A DNA stretch of 64,000 nucleotides from contig NC_082718.1 in assembly GCF_030144855.1 (NCBI RefSeq), positions 91,512,001-91,576,000 of the forward strand. The letters are read 5' to 3'. The stretch is from Hypanus sabinus. Lineage: Eukaryota. The stretch's first letter is position 1. Each line of letters starts with the position of its first letter. The notes beneath the pieces were generated by a model. It saw nothing but the letters and a program-made list of their open reading frames with translations. It had not been told where the DNA came from and searched no databases. Below are positions 35,700 through 48,600 of the stretch, one piece after another. The translations under genes were made by a program, and so were the position numbers.

Positions 35700-36385
35700 A
35701 AAATCAGATTTAACATCACCGGCATATGTCATGAAATTTGTTAACTTTGCGGCAGCAGTACGAAGCAATATATTACACATATAAAAACTGAGTTACTGTA
35801 AAAAAAATATATAATGTATATTAAATAGTTGTTAAAATAAGTAGTACATACCAAGAACAGAAATAAAAAAAAGTAGTGAGATGGCGTTCATGGGTTCAAT
35901 GTCCATTCAGAAATCTGATAACAGAGGGGAAGAAGCTGTTCCTGAATCACTGAGTGTGTGCCTTCAGGCTCTGTACCTCCTCCCTGATGGGTAACAGTGA
36001 GAATAGGGCATGTCCCGGGTGATGAAGGTCCTTATTGATGGACACCGCCTTCCTGAGGCACCGCTCCTTGACGATGTGTTGGGTACTATGAAGGCCAGTA
36101 CCCATGATGGAGCTAACTTTCCAACTTTCTGTAGCTCCTTACGATCCTGTGCAGTAGTTTCCACCCCCCCCCCCCCATACCAGACGGTGATGCAGCCTGT
36201 CAGAATGCTCTCCACAGTACATCTGTAGAGGTTTTTTTTAGTGTTTTAGGTGACAAATTGAATCTCCTCATACTCCTAGTGAAATATAGCCACTGTCTTG
36301 CCTTCTTTATAGCTGCATCGTGACGTTGCGACCGGGTTAAGTGCGCAGAGATCCTGACACCAGGGAACTTGAAATGGCTCACCTT
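35700..36385 (-). mobile_element. Rex1/Babar-like LINE 3' fragment
   Basis: ESILTGCITVWYG and IKKARQWLYF motifs; same family as 16743-18449. Confidence 0.85.
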
Positions 36386-36498
36386 GCCGAATTTGTAAGG
36401 ATATCTGACTTTAACCATCACTGGAACAATGCAGACCAACTGTGTGTTTAGTCCAATCAGCTACATTGATATTATGAAGCTGCTCTTCGACTGGCCTC

Positions 36499-36534
36499 TG
36501 GCAACCAGTTCGTTGTTACCTGTATCCTAGCAAC
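36499..36534 (+). promoter_or_regulatory. RFX X-box cluster in the putative CFAP251 promoter
   Basis: GTATCCTAGCAAC (36522-36534) is one mismatch from GTNRCC(N0-3)RGYAAC; extra half-sites TGGCAAC (36499-36505) and GTTACC (36515-36520); CCAAT at ~36453; CpG-rich. Confidence 0.6.
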
Positions 36535-36539
36535 AGCGG

Positions 36540-36640
36540 CGAGCCTTGAAACTGACTGAGATTAGAAACAGCTTGCTCCTCCGCTGCCAAAATTAAAAAA
36601 AAAAGCCTTATTTTTTGGGGGTGAACCACAGAAGTTTTGG
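36540..36640 (+). other. CFAP251: Putative non-coding first exon of CFAP251 (start approximate)
   Basis: Consensus donor G|GTAAGT at 36641 just downstream of the X-box; the ATG exon has an acceptor (ttctttt ag, 42091-42092) 9 nt before its ATG, which implies an upstream exon. Confidence 0.55.
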
Positions 36641-36959
36641 GTAAGTAACGTTTATTCTAACGCGGGAAACGGTTGGCAGTATTATTGAAAACAGTTCTTC
36701 TGATATCGAGATGTGAAGCAAAAACGTGGCGAGCTGAAGGATGGAGGGGAGACCATCAGAGTACCCAGGGACAGAGCTGGCTGGGGGCTGGAGACTTCCT
36801 CCCCCGGCTCTACTCGCTGTGCCACCATGAATACGACCAGGCGGGAAATGATAAGGTGTCCTCGACCTGTTGTGTTTCTCTTTTCACAGATGCAGTCTGG
36901 CATGCTTCCCCCCACACCCCCTACCGTTTCTATTTCGGATCCCCAGGGTTCGGCAGATT

Positions 36960-37110
36960 CTTTTAAAAAAATATTTTTATGTGCTGTATTTATTGCTGTA
37001 TTTTTATGTGCTGTATTTTCTTTTAAAAAAATATTTTTATGTGCTGTATTTATTGCTGTATTTTTATGTGCTGTATTTATTGCTGTATTTTTATGTGCTG
37101 TATTTATTGC
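36960..37110. repeat. AT-rich minisatellite (TTTTTATGTGCTGTATTTATTGCTGTA unit, with a 60-bp higher-order duplication)
   Basis: Directly visible; produces the repetitive peptides in ORFs 36713 and 36870. Confidence 0.9.
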
Positions 37111-37829
37111 AATTCGAACAACTCAGGAAAATCCACGTCACCCAGGATAAAGCTGGCCTCTCGGCTTGCAGCTTAACTCTCACTAACTTAAAGTTCACCC
37201 CCTTGAGACTGACGACAGTTTGTTGCGGCTGCATTAAACTACCAAAGGTTGTTTACCACTTCTACCAGCTGAGGGGTATATGGGAACTCCTCCAAAGTTT
37301 GCCACCAATCCCATGATATTGGACATCCTTTACTTTTCCTTTGCCACTGGGACAAATTCTCGAAACTGGGTGGCGTTAATCGTTTCTGCGTGTAGACAAT
37401 TAGTACGGGGGGGGGGGTACTCTCATTACCACAAAACGACCACGTTCTGTACGTGATTTTTAAAATAATCGTCAGCATTGTAATCTCAAAATGATCAAAA
37501 AAATTGGTTACCTTTTTCATGGCTATTCCGTTTGAGAAACATTTTTTCTCAACCTATATATAGTAAATTCCCAAATGGATTTTAATTAGGAATTACAAAT
37601 GCGGAAAATAATCAGCTTTAAATGTGAATGCCCAGTAAAGCTTTGGTCTACATTGTTTAGCGATTTGACGATAGTCTGATGAAGGCCAAGAGATAGCGTA
37701 CTGTGTATTTCCCTTCTTGGTTAATGGATTCCCTTGAACATGGTACCCTTTACCTTCAGTTTAATCAAGGCTGCTCAATGTTACACTTGGTCAAGAGCAG
37801 TAACTCTCCCCTCATCTCCAGAATTCATC

Positions 37830-38378
37830 TTGGTTCGTGTTCGTTCATGTTCAGTTCTGGTCACCTCACTGCAGGAAGGATGTGGAGATTATAGAAAGGG
37901 TGCAGAGGAGATTCACAAGGATGTTTCCTGGATTGGAGAGCACGCTTTCACGTTTGTAGCCCGGCGGCGGCGGTTGGTGCAGTGTGGACAGGACAAGACA
38001 ATAGGTGGAGCGACGGAGGATGAGAGGTGACCATAAGATGATGAGAGGCATTGATCGTATGGAAAGTCAGAGGCTTTTTCTCAAGGCTGAAATGGTTGCC
38101 ACAAGAGGGCACAGGTTTAAGGTGCTTGGAAGTAGGTGCAGAGGAGATTCCGGGGTAAGTTTTTTTACTCAGAGTGGTGAGTGCATGGAATGGGCTGCCG
38201 GCAACGGTTGTGGAGGCGGGTACGATAGGGTCTTCTAAGAGACTCCTGGATAGGTACATTGAGCTTAGAAAAATAGAGGGCTATGGGTACCCCGAGGTAA
38301 TTTCTAAAGTAAGTACATGTTCGGCACAGCATTGTGGGCCGAAGAGCCTGTATTGTGCTGTAGGTTTTCTATGTTCTA
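37830..38378 (+). mobile_element. CR1 LINE 3' fragments
   Basis: KMMRGIDR..TRGHRFKV..FFTQ..SAWNGLP; TTCTATGTTCTA tail. Confidence 0.8.
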
Positions 38379-39649
38379 CGGAGGTCTTGCGAAATGCAAA
38401 CAGTATTAGTGAGCAGATTATTGGCGATTTTGAGTGTTACTTCATAGTACTTTTGATAACACTTTTCATCACTTTGCTGATGATTGACAACCAACAGTTT
38501 GAGTCGTAATTTGTTTTTTTAACAGAGTAATTCTCCACATTGTTCGGTAGATGTCAGTGTTGTAACTGTCAGTATTGGAACAAATTGGGAGCGCCTGGTC
38601 TGCTTTGTGCCGTTGGTACAACAGCTAGGGTGCCGATGACGCAATAATCTTTGCTGTATTCTGTGTCCTCGGTCACTTCTTGGTATCTCTTGGCATATCT
38701 AGTTAGTTGAAGAATGGATTTAGTGGTGGTTTGGATCTCAGGAAGTAATCATTTTGGAATATCTGGTTGGCGCTGGTGAACATGGTTGTAAATGTTTCAG
38801 CCTTGTCTTTAGCATTCACGTGCTGGGCTTCACTATTGCTGTAGACCTAGATTTTCAGGGGCCTTCTTCCATCTTCTTCCGCCTGCCACCGATTCTAATT
38901 GCTAGATTAATTGGGATCTGATGTCAGAATTACTTCTTACAGTTCCTGCAAATCATTAACACCTCACATTGAATCAGGGACGATCCTTTCGCTTAATTAT
39001 TCATAGCCTAATAAATAGGAGTTGTGGTAGACCATTCAGCCCCTTGTTCCTGCTGCACCATTCAATAAGATCCATTGTTCATCTTTTATATCTGTGCCAC
39101 ATCTCTGGATCTCCTTAATATCTAAATACCTGTATCTTGATTTCTGTTTTAATTGTGCTGAGTTACTGAGCCCCTATGATCTATTAGGGGCTCTAAAGAT
39201 TGGCTATCATTTGTATCTAGAAATTTCTTCTCTGTCCTGAATGGCTGACTACTTACCTTGGGATTTCCATCTGAACATAGCAAGCAGGAGAAACATCAGC
39301 TCCATATCTACCCTCTCAAACCCTGTAAGTGTTTCCTTAGGTCACCTCCCATTCTTCAAAACCCAAGACAGGATCTGCATTATTTCTCCCCATTTGACAA
39401 ACCCATCATCCCTGGAATCAATCTTGTAAATTGGGAGAGTGGAGTTCATATACTTTTAACTTAATGGGATACAGTACACATAACTTGTGAACAATATATT
39501 ATTTAAATCTTAGTTATTGTGTGTTTACTGTCACAACTCGTGCAGTTTTCTAATCAGCCATAGCCATCTCACACATCATGCCATTACTTTCTTCTTCATT
39601 AAAATGGTTTGTTAGGAATTAAAATGGTTGGCCTCTGGGAAATTCTGCT

Positions 39650-41240
39650 TTAGGCGGCTGGAGCGGAGGTGCTTGACAAATCGGTCCCCCAACTTACATG
39701 GGAATTACCAGCGTAGAGGAGACTGGTTTGGGAGCACTGTATGCCATGAACAACCCCAACAGATTCACAGGTGAAGTGTTGCCTCACTTTGGTTTTGTTG
39801 CTGTTTGGGGCCCTGAATGAAGGTGATGGAGGAGGCACTTTGTCGAGCATCTCTACCCCATCGACCAAAAGCAGAATTTCCCAATGGCCAAACATTTTAA
39901 TTTCAGTTCTTATTCCTGTCCCAACATTTTGGACCATGGCCTCTTTTTGTGGCACGATAAGGCTACTTTCAGTGTGGAGGAGAACACCTTATATTCCGTC
40001 AAGTTATCCTCCAACCTGATGGCATTAACATCAATTTCTCTTTTTTTTTCCCCTTCCATAGAACACTACAGCACAGAAACAGGCCTTTTGGCCCTTCTTG
40101 GCTGTGCTGAACCATTTTTCTGCCTAGTCCCACTGACCTGCACCTGGACCATATCCCTCCATACCCCTCTCATCCATGTACCTGTCCAAGTTTTTCTTAA
40201 ATGTTAAAAGTGAGCCTGCATTCACTTTTGTTGAGTTTTGTTCAGTCTTGTTGAGGACTTTTCCTCCTCCACCTAAAGAGCTTTATTTTTATGTCTGATC
40301 CCAAAGAATTTCAATTCCATGCTCACTTGAAATCACACATCTACTCTTCGCTAAAGGAGTCAACAGCCAGCAAACAAGATTTGGTTTCTGATGCACCATC
40401 AATAACTCTCGGAGATGGGAGGCGAACAATAGGCTTTTATTAGCAGCAAGAGACCACGACACAACATCCTGGAGACTGAGGGGGGGAAGCAGTGCCTCCA
40501 GTCGCCATTATACAGGGGTCTGTGGGAGGAGCCATAGGAGCAGTCAGCAGAGGGGTGTGTCCAGACAGGTATACATAGTTTACCACAGTTTCTATATTCA
40601 AATAACATATTATTAGATGTATAGGATTTTCCTAGCAAGTTGAGCTACAACTGTCTCCCTATTTTAGACCAGAAATCCAAGCTAATGCTTTCTGATAGGT
40701 ATAAATTGATACCATGCCAAGTAGTGCAGCTACCCTTTAAATAATGAGACCATAAGAATTAGGCCATTTGACCCTGCTCCGCCATTTCAATATGGCTGAT
40801 ACATTTTCACTCTCAGCCCCGATCTCGTGGATTCTCACCATATCTCTTCATGCCCTGACTAATCAAAAATCTATCAATCTCTGCCTTAAATATACCCTTC
40901 CTCCTTCCCTTTTCTTCTATTCCTCACTCTGGCCTGTTACCTCTTCTCCTCACCTGTCTATCACTACCCCTGGTGCCCCTTCATCTTCCCTTTCTCCTGT
41001 GGTCCACTCTCATCTCCTAGCAGATTCCTAGTTCTCCAGCCCTTTTACTTTTCCCAACCACTTGGCTTCATCTATCACTTTCTAGCTAGTCCAGCTTCCT
41101 GTCCCCCACCTTTTTATTCTGGTGTTTTCCCCTTCCTTTCCAGTCCTAAAGACCTGTCTTGACCTGAAACATTGATTGTTTATTAATTTCCATAGATGCT
41201 GTCTGACCTGCCAAGTTCCTCCAGTGTTTTGTGTGTGCTA
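39650..41240 (+). mobile_element. Penelope-like element 3' region with inverted 5' segment, interrupted by CR1 tails and a solo LTR
   Basis: Minus strand 39650-39830 VRQHFTCESVGVVHGIQCSQTSLLYAG (GIY-YIG start); plus strand 39835-40030 continues FVEHL...HFN...EE.HLIFR; pLTR tail 40895-41240 with degenerate hammerhead at 41141. Confidence 0.68.
40389..40587 (-). mobile_element. Solo LTR (199 bp)
   Basis: TGATG...CCACA termini, perfect 5-bp TSD GTTTC (40384-40388, 40588-40592), minus-strand TATAA and AATAAA. Confidence 0.8.
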
Positions 41241-42101
41241 CTCTGCTAAATATATCTACCACTTCTTGTTTATAACTTCTAATTTTATAATTCCTTCCTT
41301 CAAGCATGGTGAGCTTGACTGTTACGTCCTTGTAATATTATTCAATGAGGCCTGGAGATGTAGGGAAGGAATTCAATGTACTGGGAACATAGTGGTCCAA
41401 GGATCAAATCAACCAATGAAACACAGGAGGAATTGTACCCACTTAATTTAATTGGTTACTCCATAGTGCTTTAAAAAAACAGTCCTTGTTTCACTCCTAG
41501 TTCTGGAAAATCACCAATATACATTTAAATGAAAGTCAAATAAATGCAAATTGTGTGTGTTATCATACGTTTTATTAACTTTCTCCCAATTAATTAAGAT
41601 TTGTTCATAATTATTTAGCTTAATCATGGAAGTTACAGAGTAAAGCCAATCAGTTGTTTCATTCTTATTCACAGTTAATGTAAGAAATGTGATTCTGTTG
41701 GTGTGAAACTCTTCCAAAATGCTGAATGTTCCGCCTTTATAATGTCATAATGAAAACATATTTGCCTCTTATCATTCTCATTTCACACTACCTTTTCATT
41801 TTCTTGCATTCCATTATTTCCTAATTGTGTTCAAGCTTTGTAACTTCTAGTTAGTAATCCCTGTTGTCCTCCCTTTGTTTTGAAATGTTCTCAATAGAAA
41901 TATTTTCCTTCCCCATCCTTGCTTTACCCCATTCTCTTGATAGCTAGACAAGTGGCTTGGCCTTGTAACCATGTATACAAACCATCCGCCATTTTCCCTG
42001 TCATTTCTTTCTGCCTTGTATCTCAAGTCAGCTGCAGATGACGAAAGAGATCTGCTATATGGGGAACTATAATTTATGACATTTTCTTTTAGTGATTAAA
42101 T

Positions 42102-42632
42102 ATGGATGAAAGTGAGCAAGATCCAGCCACAAATGCATCAGAAGAAGTAAACATAATCTCTGAAGAAACCCAAGAACTAATGAAGAATGTTGAAGGACAT
42201 TTGGACCAGGAAGAACCGATGAAGCCAGAGAGTTTAACTCAACTTTCCTCTGAAACTGCCAATGCTCTGGAGAGTGAAAGTAATTCAACTCCTGAAGGGA
42301 CAGGGCAGCTCGGTAGTGATGACGTGAATGGAAATGAAAACACTGTAAAAGCAAATGACAGTACTGATCAGCAGAATGAAATGGTCTCTGAAGATGTAGC
42401 TGATGAACAACACTCACCTTCTCCAAAACCAGGCACTGAAACATATTCAGCTGAATATCAGGAAAATGCACAAGGCATTGAACTTGGAGAGCAGATAAAG
42501 AATGATGATCAATCTGATGTTAACCCAGAAAACCAAGGTCCAGCTCCAACCCCAGTAGCTGATCAACCTCAAGCTTTTCCTGACAATCTTCCAGAGACAG
42601 AGGGAGGTACAATTCACGTGAACACAGAGCAG
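42102..42632 (+). CDS. CFAP251: CFAP251 first coding exon (acidic, low-complexity N-terminus, 177 aa)
   Basis: Long E/D/Q-rich ORF behind an acceptor; composition changes at CAG|gtagat (42633); donor position less certain. Confidence 0.75.
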
Positions 42633-45600
42633 GTAGATGCAGGGATTGTAATCTCATGTTTACTGCAGGGTTGGCTTGTTGGGAGCTCAGAGGAAAGGAA
42701 AATGTATGGGTGAGGAGAGAAAATGGTTGAAGAGGATCATGAATGGGCAAGGGAGATCAGCAAAAAAGATAGAAAGGGAATTAAAGATTACAAAGAGGAT
42801 CACTTGCTGGGTGAAAGAGGATTGAATAAGGGGTAAGAAGATTGACAGAAGATTAAAAAGCTCAAAGGTTCATTTTGTTATCAAAGTACGTTTGCAGAAT
42901 ACATCCCTGAGATTAATCTTCTCCAGATAGCCAGGAAACAAAGAAAAACCATGGAAGTCATTGAAAGAAATCAAACCTCCCCCACCCCTGCACAAAAAAA
43001 GAAAAAGAAGCAAAAACTCACAGACCCCAAACCCCCAACCTCCTCCCTTGCACAAAAAACTAACACCTCACCCACATGAAAAATGGCAGCTAGAACATCA
43101 AACCCCAAATCCCCAACCACTTTCCTCGCACAAAAAACTAATGTATCACCAACTGGAAAATGGCAACGAGACATCAAACCCCAACCACCACTCCCAACAT
43201 GCCAATTGGCAACTAGATCAAAAACACAGAAAACTGAAGGAGATCCATATAAACTACAGTCCACACAAATAATCACAGAAATCTCAGAATTCTAATAACA
43301 TCCTCCATCAGTGTCGAGGAGATGGCTAAAAGTACTTGGGAGAAGAGTATTGCAGGAGGATGGTATCATGAAAGAGCACCATGGTGGATAGTACAGTGGG
43401 GAAGGTGATCAGGATGGTATGAGAGGGATCAGAATGAGGTTCATAAAGGAGCCAAGATAACTAGAAAAGGGAATTGCAGAGGAATGAAAGTGAATGGGAG
43501 AAAAACATCATGAGGGAATTTTGATGGGGGCATCCTCGAGTGGAGCATTGTGGAAACTCCCTAATGAATGCCAATGTTGGGTGGAGTGCTGGGGGAGTTC
43601 AGGCATAGAGAACATAAATCATAACAACTCTTTTAAAATTTGCATTCAAGTGGTGGATAAATATGATGCAGATTGAGATTTTCATCATTGCACAAGTCCT
43701 GTTCATACAGTGAGAATGATTTTATTATGTCCTTAGTTGATGCATTATGTTCACTGAGAGTCTTAGAACACTACAGCACAGAAACCAGCCCTTCAGCCCA
43801 TCTACTCTGTGCCAAACCTTTAATCTGCCTAGTCCCGTTGATAAATTGTTAAATAACCATATAACCATATAACAATCACAGCACGGAAGCAGGCCATCTC
43901 GGCCCTCCTAATCCATGCCGAACTCTTAATCTCACCTAGTCCCACCTACCCACACTCAGCCCACAACCCTCCACTCCTTTCCTGTCCATATACCTATCCA
44001 ATTTTACCTTAAATGACACAACTGAACTGGCCTCTACTACTACTACAGGAAGCTCATTTCACACAGCTATCACTCTCTGAGTAAAGAAATACCCCCTCGT
44101 GTTTCCCTTAAACTTCTGCCCCCTAACTCTCAAATCATGTCCTCTCATTTGAATCTCCCCTACTCTCAATGGAAACAGCCTATTCACGTCAACTCTATCT
44201 ATTCCTCTCAAAATTTTAAATACCTCGATCAAATCCCCCCTCAACCTTCTACGCTCCAATGAATAGAGACCTAACTTGTTCAACCTTTCTCTGTAATTTA
44301 AGTGCTGAAACCCAGGTAACATCCTAGTAAATCGTCTCTGCACTCTCTCTAATTTATTGAGATCCTATAATTCGGTGACCAGAACTGTACACAATATTCC
44401 AAATTTGGCCTTACCAATGCCTTGTACAATTTTAACATTACATCCCAACTTCTGTACTCAATGCTCTGATTTATAAAGGCCAGCGTTCCAAAAGCCTTCT
44501 TCACCACCGTATCTACACGAGACTCCACCTTCAGGGAACTATGCACTGTTATTCCTAGATCTCTCTGTTCCACTGCATTCCTCAATGCCCTATCATTTAC
44601 CCTGTATGTTCTATTTTGATTATTCCTGCCAAAATGTAGAACCTCACACTTCTCAGCATTGAACTCCATCTGCCAAAGTTCAACCCATTCTTCTAACCAG
44701 CATAAATCTCCCTGCAAGCTTTGAAAACCCACCTCATTATCCACAACACCTCCTACCTTAGTATCATCGGCATATTTACTAATCCAATTTACCACCCCAT
44801 CATCCAGATCATTGCAAACTAGTCAAAAATAATTTCAGATATGATTTTGATGACAATTATTTTTAATATTGTGGTAAATCAAATTGAAGATAATGTGTCC
44901 ATTATGAACCAATGTTTCTCAATGGTTTATAACACCAGTTACTCTGCAGAAAAAATGGATGGTTGGGACAGATTGAAATTATCTGTACACATTTGGAATT
45001 CAGATCAATAATTTTAATTTTATTTTGCAGTTAACAAAGGATGATTTAGGATTGTTTAGTCTTACAACAGAGGGACAAAGGCGGATTGTTCCAGCTTCTC
45101 CAAGACCAGCTTCTGATATATTTTGCCAAGATGAAGCAATACACAAGGATATATGCTGCCATGCAGTGGCAGTTGGAGCAGATAGTACTATGGCAATATG
45201 TCCACCAGAGTCCTCTTTGGTTGATACTGCAGTTTGTGACTCTGTGTTTGAAGAACACTCCTACATTAAACAAAATTCTTTGGTAAGCACTGCCTTTGAA
45301 ATTGATCTGATCATTTAAAAAAAAATTATTTCTTCCATCCTTCACTGATTTAATTCTTTTCCCTCTTTTAAACTCTCCCTCCCATGCTATGCCATATCTC
45401 CTTCAAGAAAGCAAACAAATCTTAATAATACTTTATTGATGCAGCTTTTTAAGATGTCATTGGGGGATGTAGTATTTGAGGTAATTGTAGATGAATGCCC
45501 TCATGACCATAACTGGATAAGATAACAAACTTGTTGAACAAGCAAGTCATGTTAGAAAAGTTGATATTCCAATACACTGCACCAGCCACAACCACCTTCT

Positions 45601-48600
45601 AACATTTTTACCTTGTTTCTTTAGTGTGATTAATTATTAATTACATCTTAAAAATAATTCAGCCTCATTTTTCTTTTGGTAAATCTGTTCTTGATAAGTA
45701 CTTCACAGAGAAAAAATCAATTGAAAAATGTTTACATGCAGTTCACGCAAACACAGGCAACATTTATTTACTTGCAGTTAATGTGTGTCCATATTATAGT
45801 GACACCGAGAACAATATCTGTTGAATTATCACACCCAACACATTATATTAGATATCATTGTGTGCAAAGGAGATTGGCAGGTTTGCGTTACCAAGGAGCC
45901 ATCTCACAAAGATCCTTTATATAGGTTCTACCTCTGAGTGACCGCACAGAACATTCTCCTGAAATTGACGTGTGCTACTCCGCAACACTCAGACCTGGAT
46001 GATTCCATCCACAGGGATGTAGTAGATTTTAATACAGAAGCTTTTCCCGTGGTTGATGGTCTAACATAGTACAACCACAAATCTGGAATGGTTGGGAGCT
46101 GTGCAGTGCTGGGTTAGTGATTTTGCAGATTCATAGGTGGTTAGGTTAGGAGTAAATAAATAAACACCTCTAACCCATTTGATGATCACCTCACCCTAGC
46201 CTTAAAGTGCCCTGTAAATAGTCCAAGTTGGATAATAAAGAAAAAAAGAAACGACAAGTGGAAAACAAGTGACTTTTATTGAAGTACAGGACAGGCATCT
46301 GTATTTACTTACATTAGGCTGCTTATTGCCACTTTCAAAGTGAAGAGTTGGATTGTACAACCGAGCAGAATTACATGTCTGAAAGTGGGGGGAGTCATCA
46401 GGATTGTCTTGTGTTATGAACACAAGATGATTGAACCTCCATGACCTGCCACTGGCGATGAAGTTGCTGGCGATGCATTTGGAGTATGAACCTATACACT
46501 ATACCTTCAAAATTATATTATATTGCAGAATAGTTTAATATCTGGAAGGAATGGCAACTGAAAGACAGAACAAATTTATTTTCTTTTAACAGAATTTAAT
46601 ATGGTCATTTGGAATTAATTCCAATACTCCAGTGCATGCTCTGCATATTGACAACAGGAGGCTAATACTTTATGCTTCTTCACATACTGCAGTTATGAAT
46701 AACTTTTCGATTACCAGGCAACATCTCTTGCAGGCAAGTAACTTTAGATATAATTTTGTGTCTTTAGTCCATAGAATCATAGGATAACACAGCATGGATA
46801 TTGACCCTTCAACCCAACTCATCCATGTCAAGCTAGTCCCATTTGCCATACCCTTCTTATCCTTTCCTCTCCATGTACCTGTCCTTGTGTCTTGTAAATG
46901 TTATTGTACCTGCCTCAGCCATTTCCTCTGGCAACTTGTTTGATATACAACCCCACCCTCTACAAGAAGAAGTTGCCCCTCAGGTTCCTTTTAAATCTTG
47001 CTTCTCTCATCTTAAATCTATGCTCTCTGTTTTTGATTCCTCTTCACTGGGAAAAAGACTGTTTATACCCCTCATGATTTTACAGTCGTCTATTAAGCAC
47101 CCCCCCCCCCCAACCCCCAGTCTCCTACGTGTCAACGAATAAAGTCCCGGCTGCCCAGTATTTTCTTATAACCAGGCCTTCAAATCCTGGCAACATTCCC
47201 ACAAATGTTTTTGCACTCTCCAGCTTAATGATGTCTGTCTTAAGGCAGGATAATCAAAATTGTTCATAATACACCAGGTGTGATTTCACCAGGGTTTTGT
47301 ACAAGTTCAACATAATGTCCCAACTCCCATACTCAGTACCTTGTCTGACGAAGGCTAGCATGCCAGACACTTACCTTACCACCCTATCTACGTGTGATGG
47401 CACTTTCGGGGGAACTATGTACTTATCCCTCTGTTCTACAACGCTCCCTGGGGCACTACTAATCCCTGTGAAAGATGTACTTTGGTTTCATCTCTCACTT
47501 ATTTGAGTCATGTGACATTTACCATTCTTCAAACTACTAACCTAGCTGATCAAGATACCCGTGTTTTATTGATAACCTTATTCATTGTCTATGATACCGT
47601 CTATTTTAGCGCCATCTCCATACTTGTTAACCATTTAATAATACAAATGATCATCGACTCAAACTTACCCTGAGAAAGTGTTTCACACAATGACTGAACT
47701 TTCTAGGTGTAGCTCCCCATCTCCTGCATTCTCAACCAAATTGTTTATATAAATGATAGACAATAATAGGACCAGCGCCGACCCCTGTGGAACACCACAA
47801 GTTACAGACTTCCAGATGAAAAAAATATCCACTGTCACCCTCTGGATTACACTATGATCAGGGTAATTATGGAACAATTTTGCTAGCTCTCACTGGAACC
47901 TTTGCGATCCAACCTTAAGTTCTTAAAACAAAAGTTTGTGATATCTCTGCTATTTTTGCTCACATTTTTTCAACAGACAAGATGTAAATTTAATGAAGGA
48001 AATGACTTAACTATCTTAAAGTGCTGCTAACAATTTCATTAAGAGCTCTTTCTAAAGGCATTTCATTTGCTTCTCCTCAAGTTGCCCCATATTTTCAATC
48101 AACATATTGCAAAAGTCCATACACAATTTACTTAATGTGGATACCCTTTCTATTTAATGTATTTAGATTTTTTTTGTATTCTTGAGTGATCCTACTACCT
48201 TCTATTTCAAAATCTTTTAAAATGCATAGTTAAGCAAGGGACTTTCCATTGAATATTCGAGTAACTTCAACTACAGGTTTGCTAATAATAAGTAGTAATG
48301 AGTTGGTTAGTAAGTCTAAAATGCTTTGTTCTGTGTATCAGCTCCAGTTTTTGTCTCATTGTACTACTTGTAATTTGTTCCCCAGGGTCATTCTAAACCC
48401 ATTATGTGCATAGCTGTGTGTGGCAACAGGAGATGGGTAGCGACAGCAGACAAAAGCCCAGAGAGTTTAGTCATTGTATGGGATACTTTCTCAGGGTAAG
48501 TTTGAGTATTATTAAATGAACTCTGTCTCCATTCTACTGTACATCTAACTTGCTGCTCTAAATTGTTTTATTTACATATTTCAAATAACTTGGATTTTCA

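Noticed and set aside
36960-37110. CRISPR-like array
   Set aside because: Head-to-tail repeats without unique spacers, in eukaryotic DNA, with no cas genes.
36713-37316. ORFs with repetitive hydrophobic peptides (FLCAVFIAV, YFYVLYLLL) as membrane proteins
   Set aside because: Translation artefacts of the AT-rich minisatellite.
32168-41176. Hammerhead-like motifs at 32168-32205 (minus), 33542-33575 and 41141-41176 as functional ribozymes
   Set aside because: Core nucleotides are mutated (GAAA to AAAA, or CUGA to CUAA); recorded only as Penelope pLTR remnants.
42961-43295. Pro/Lys/His-rich ORFs as additional CFAP251 exons
   Set aside because: They fall within a dispersed repeat with internal subrepeats and lack compatible splice sites.
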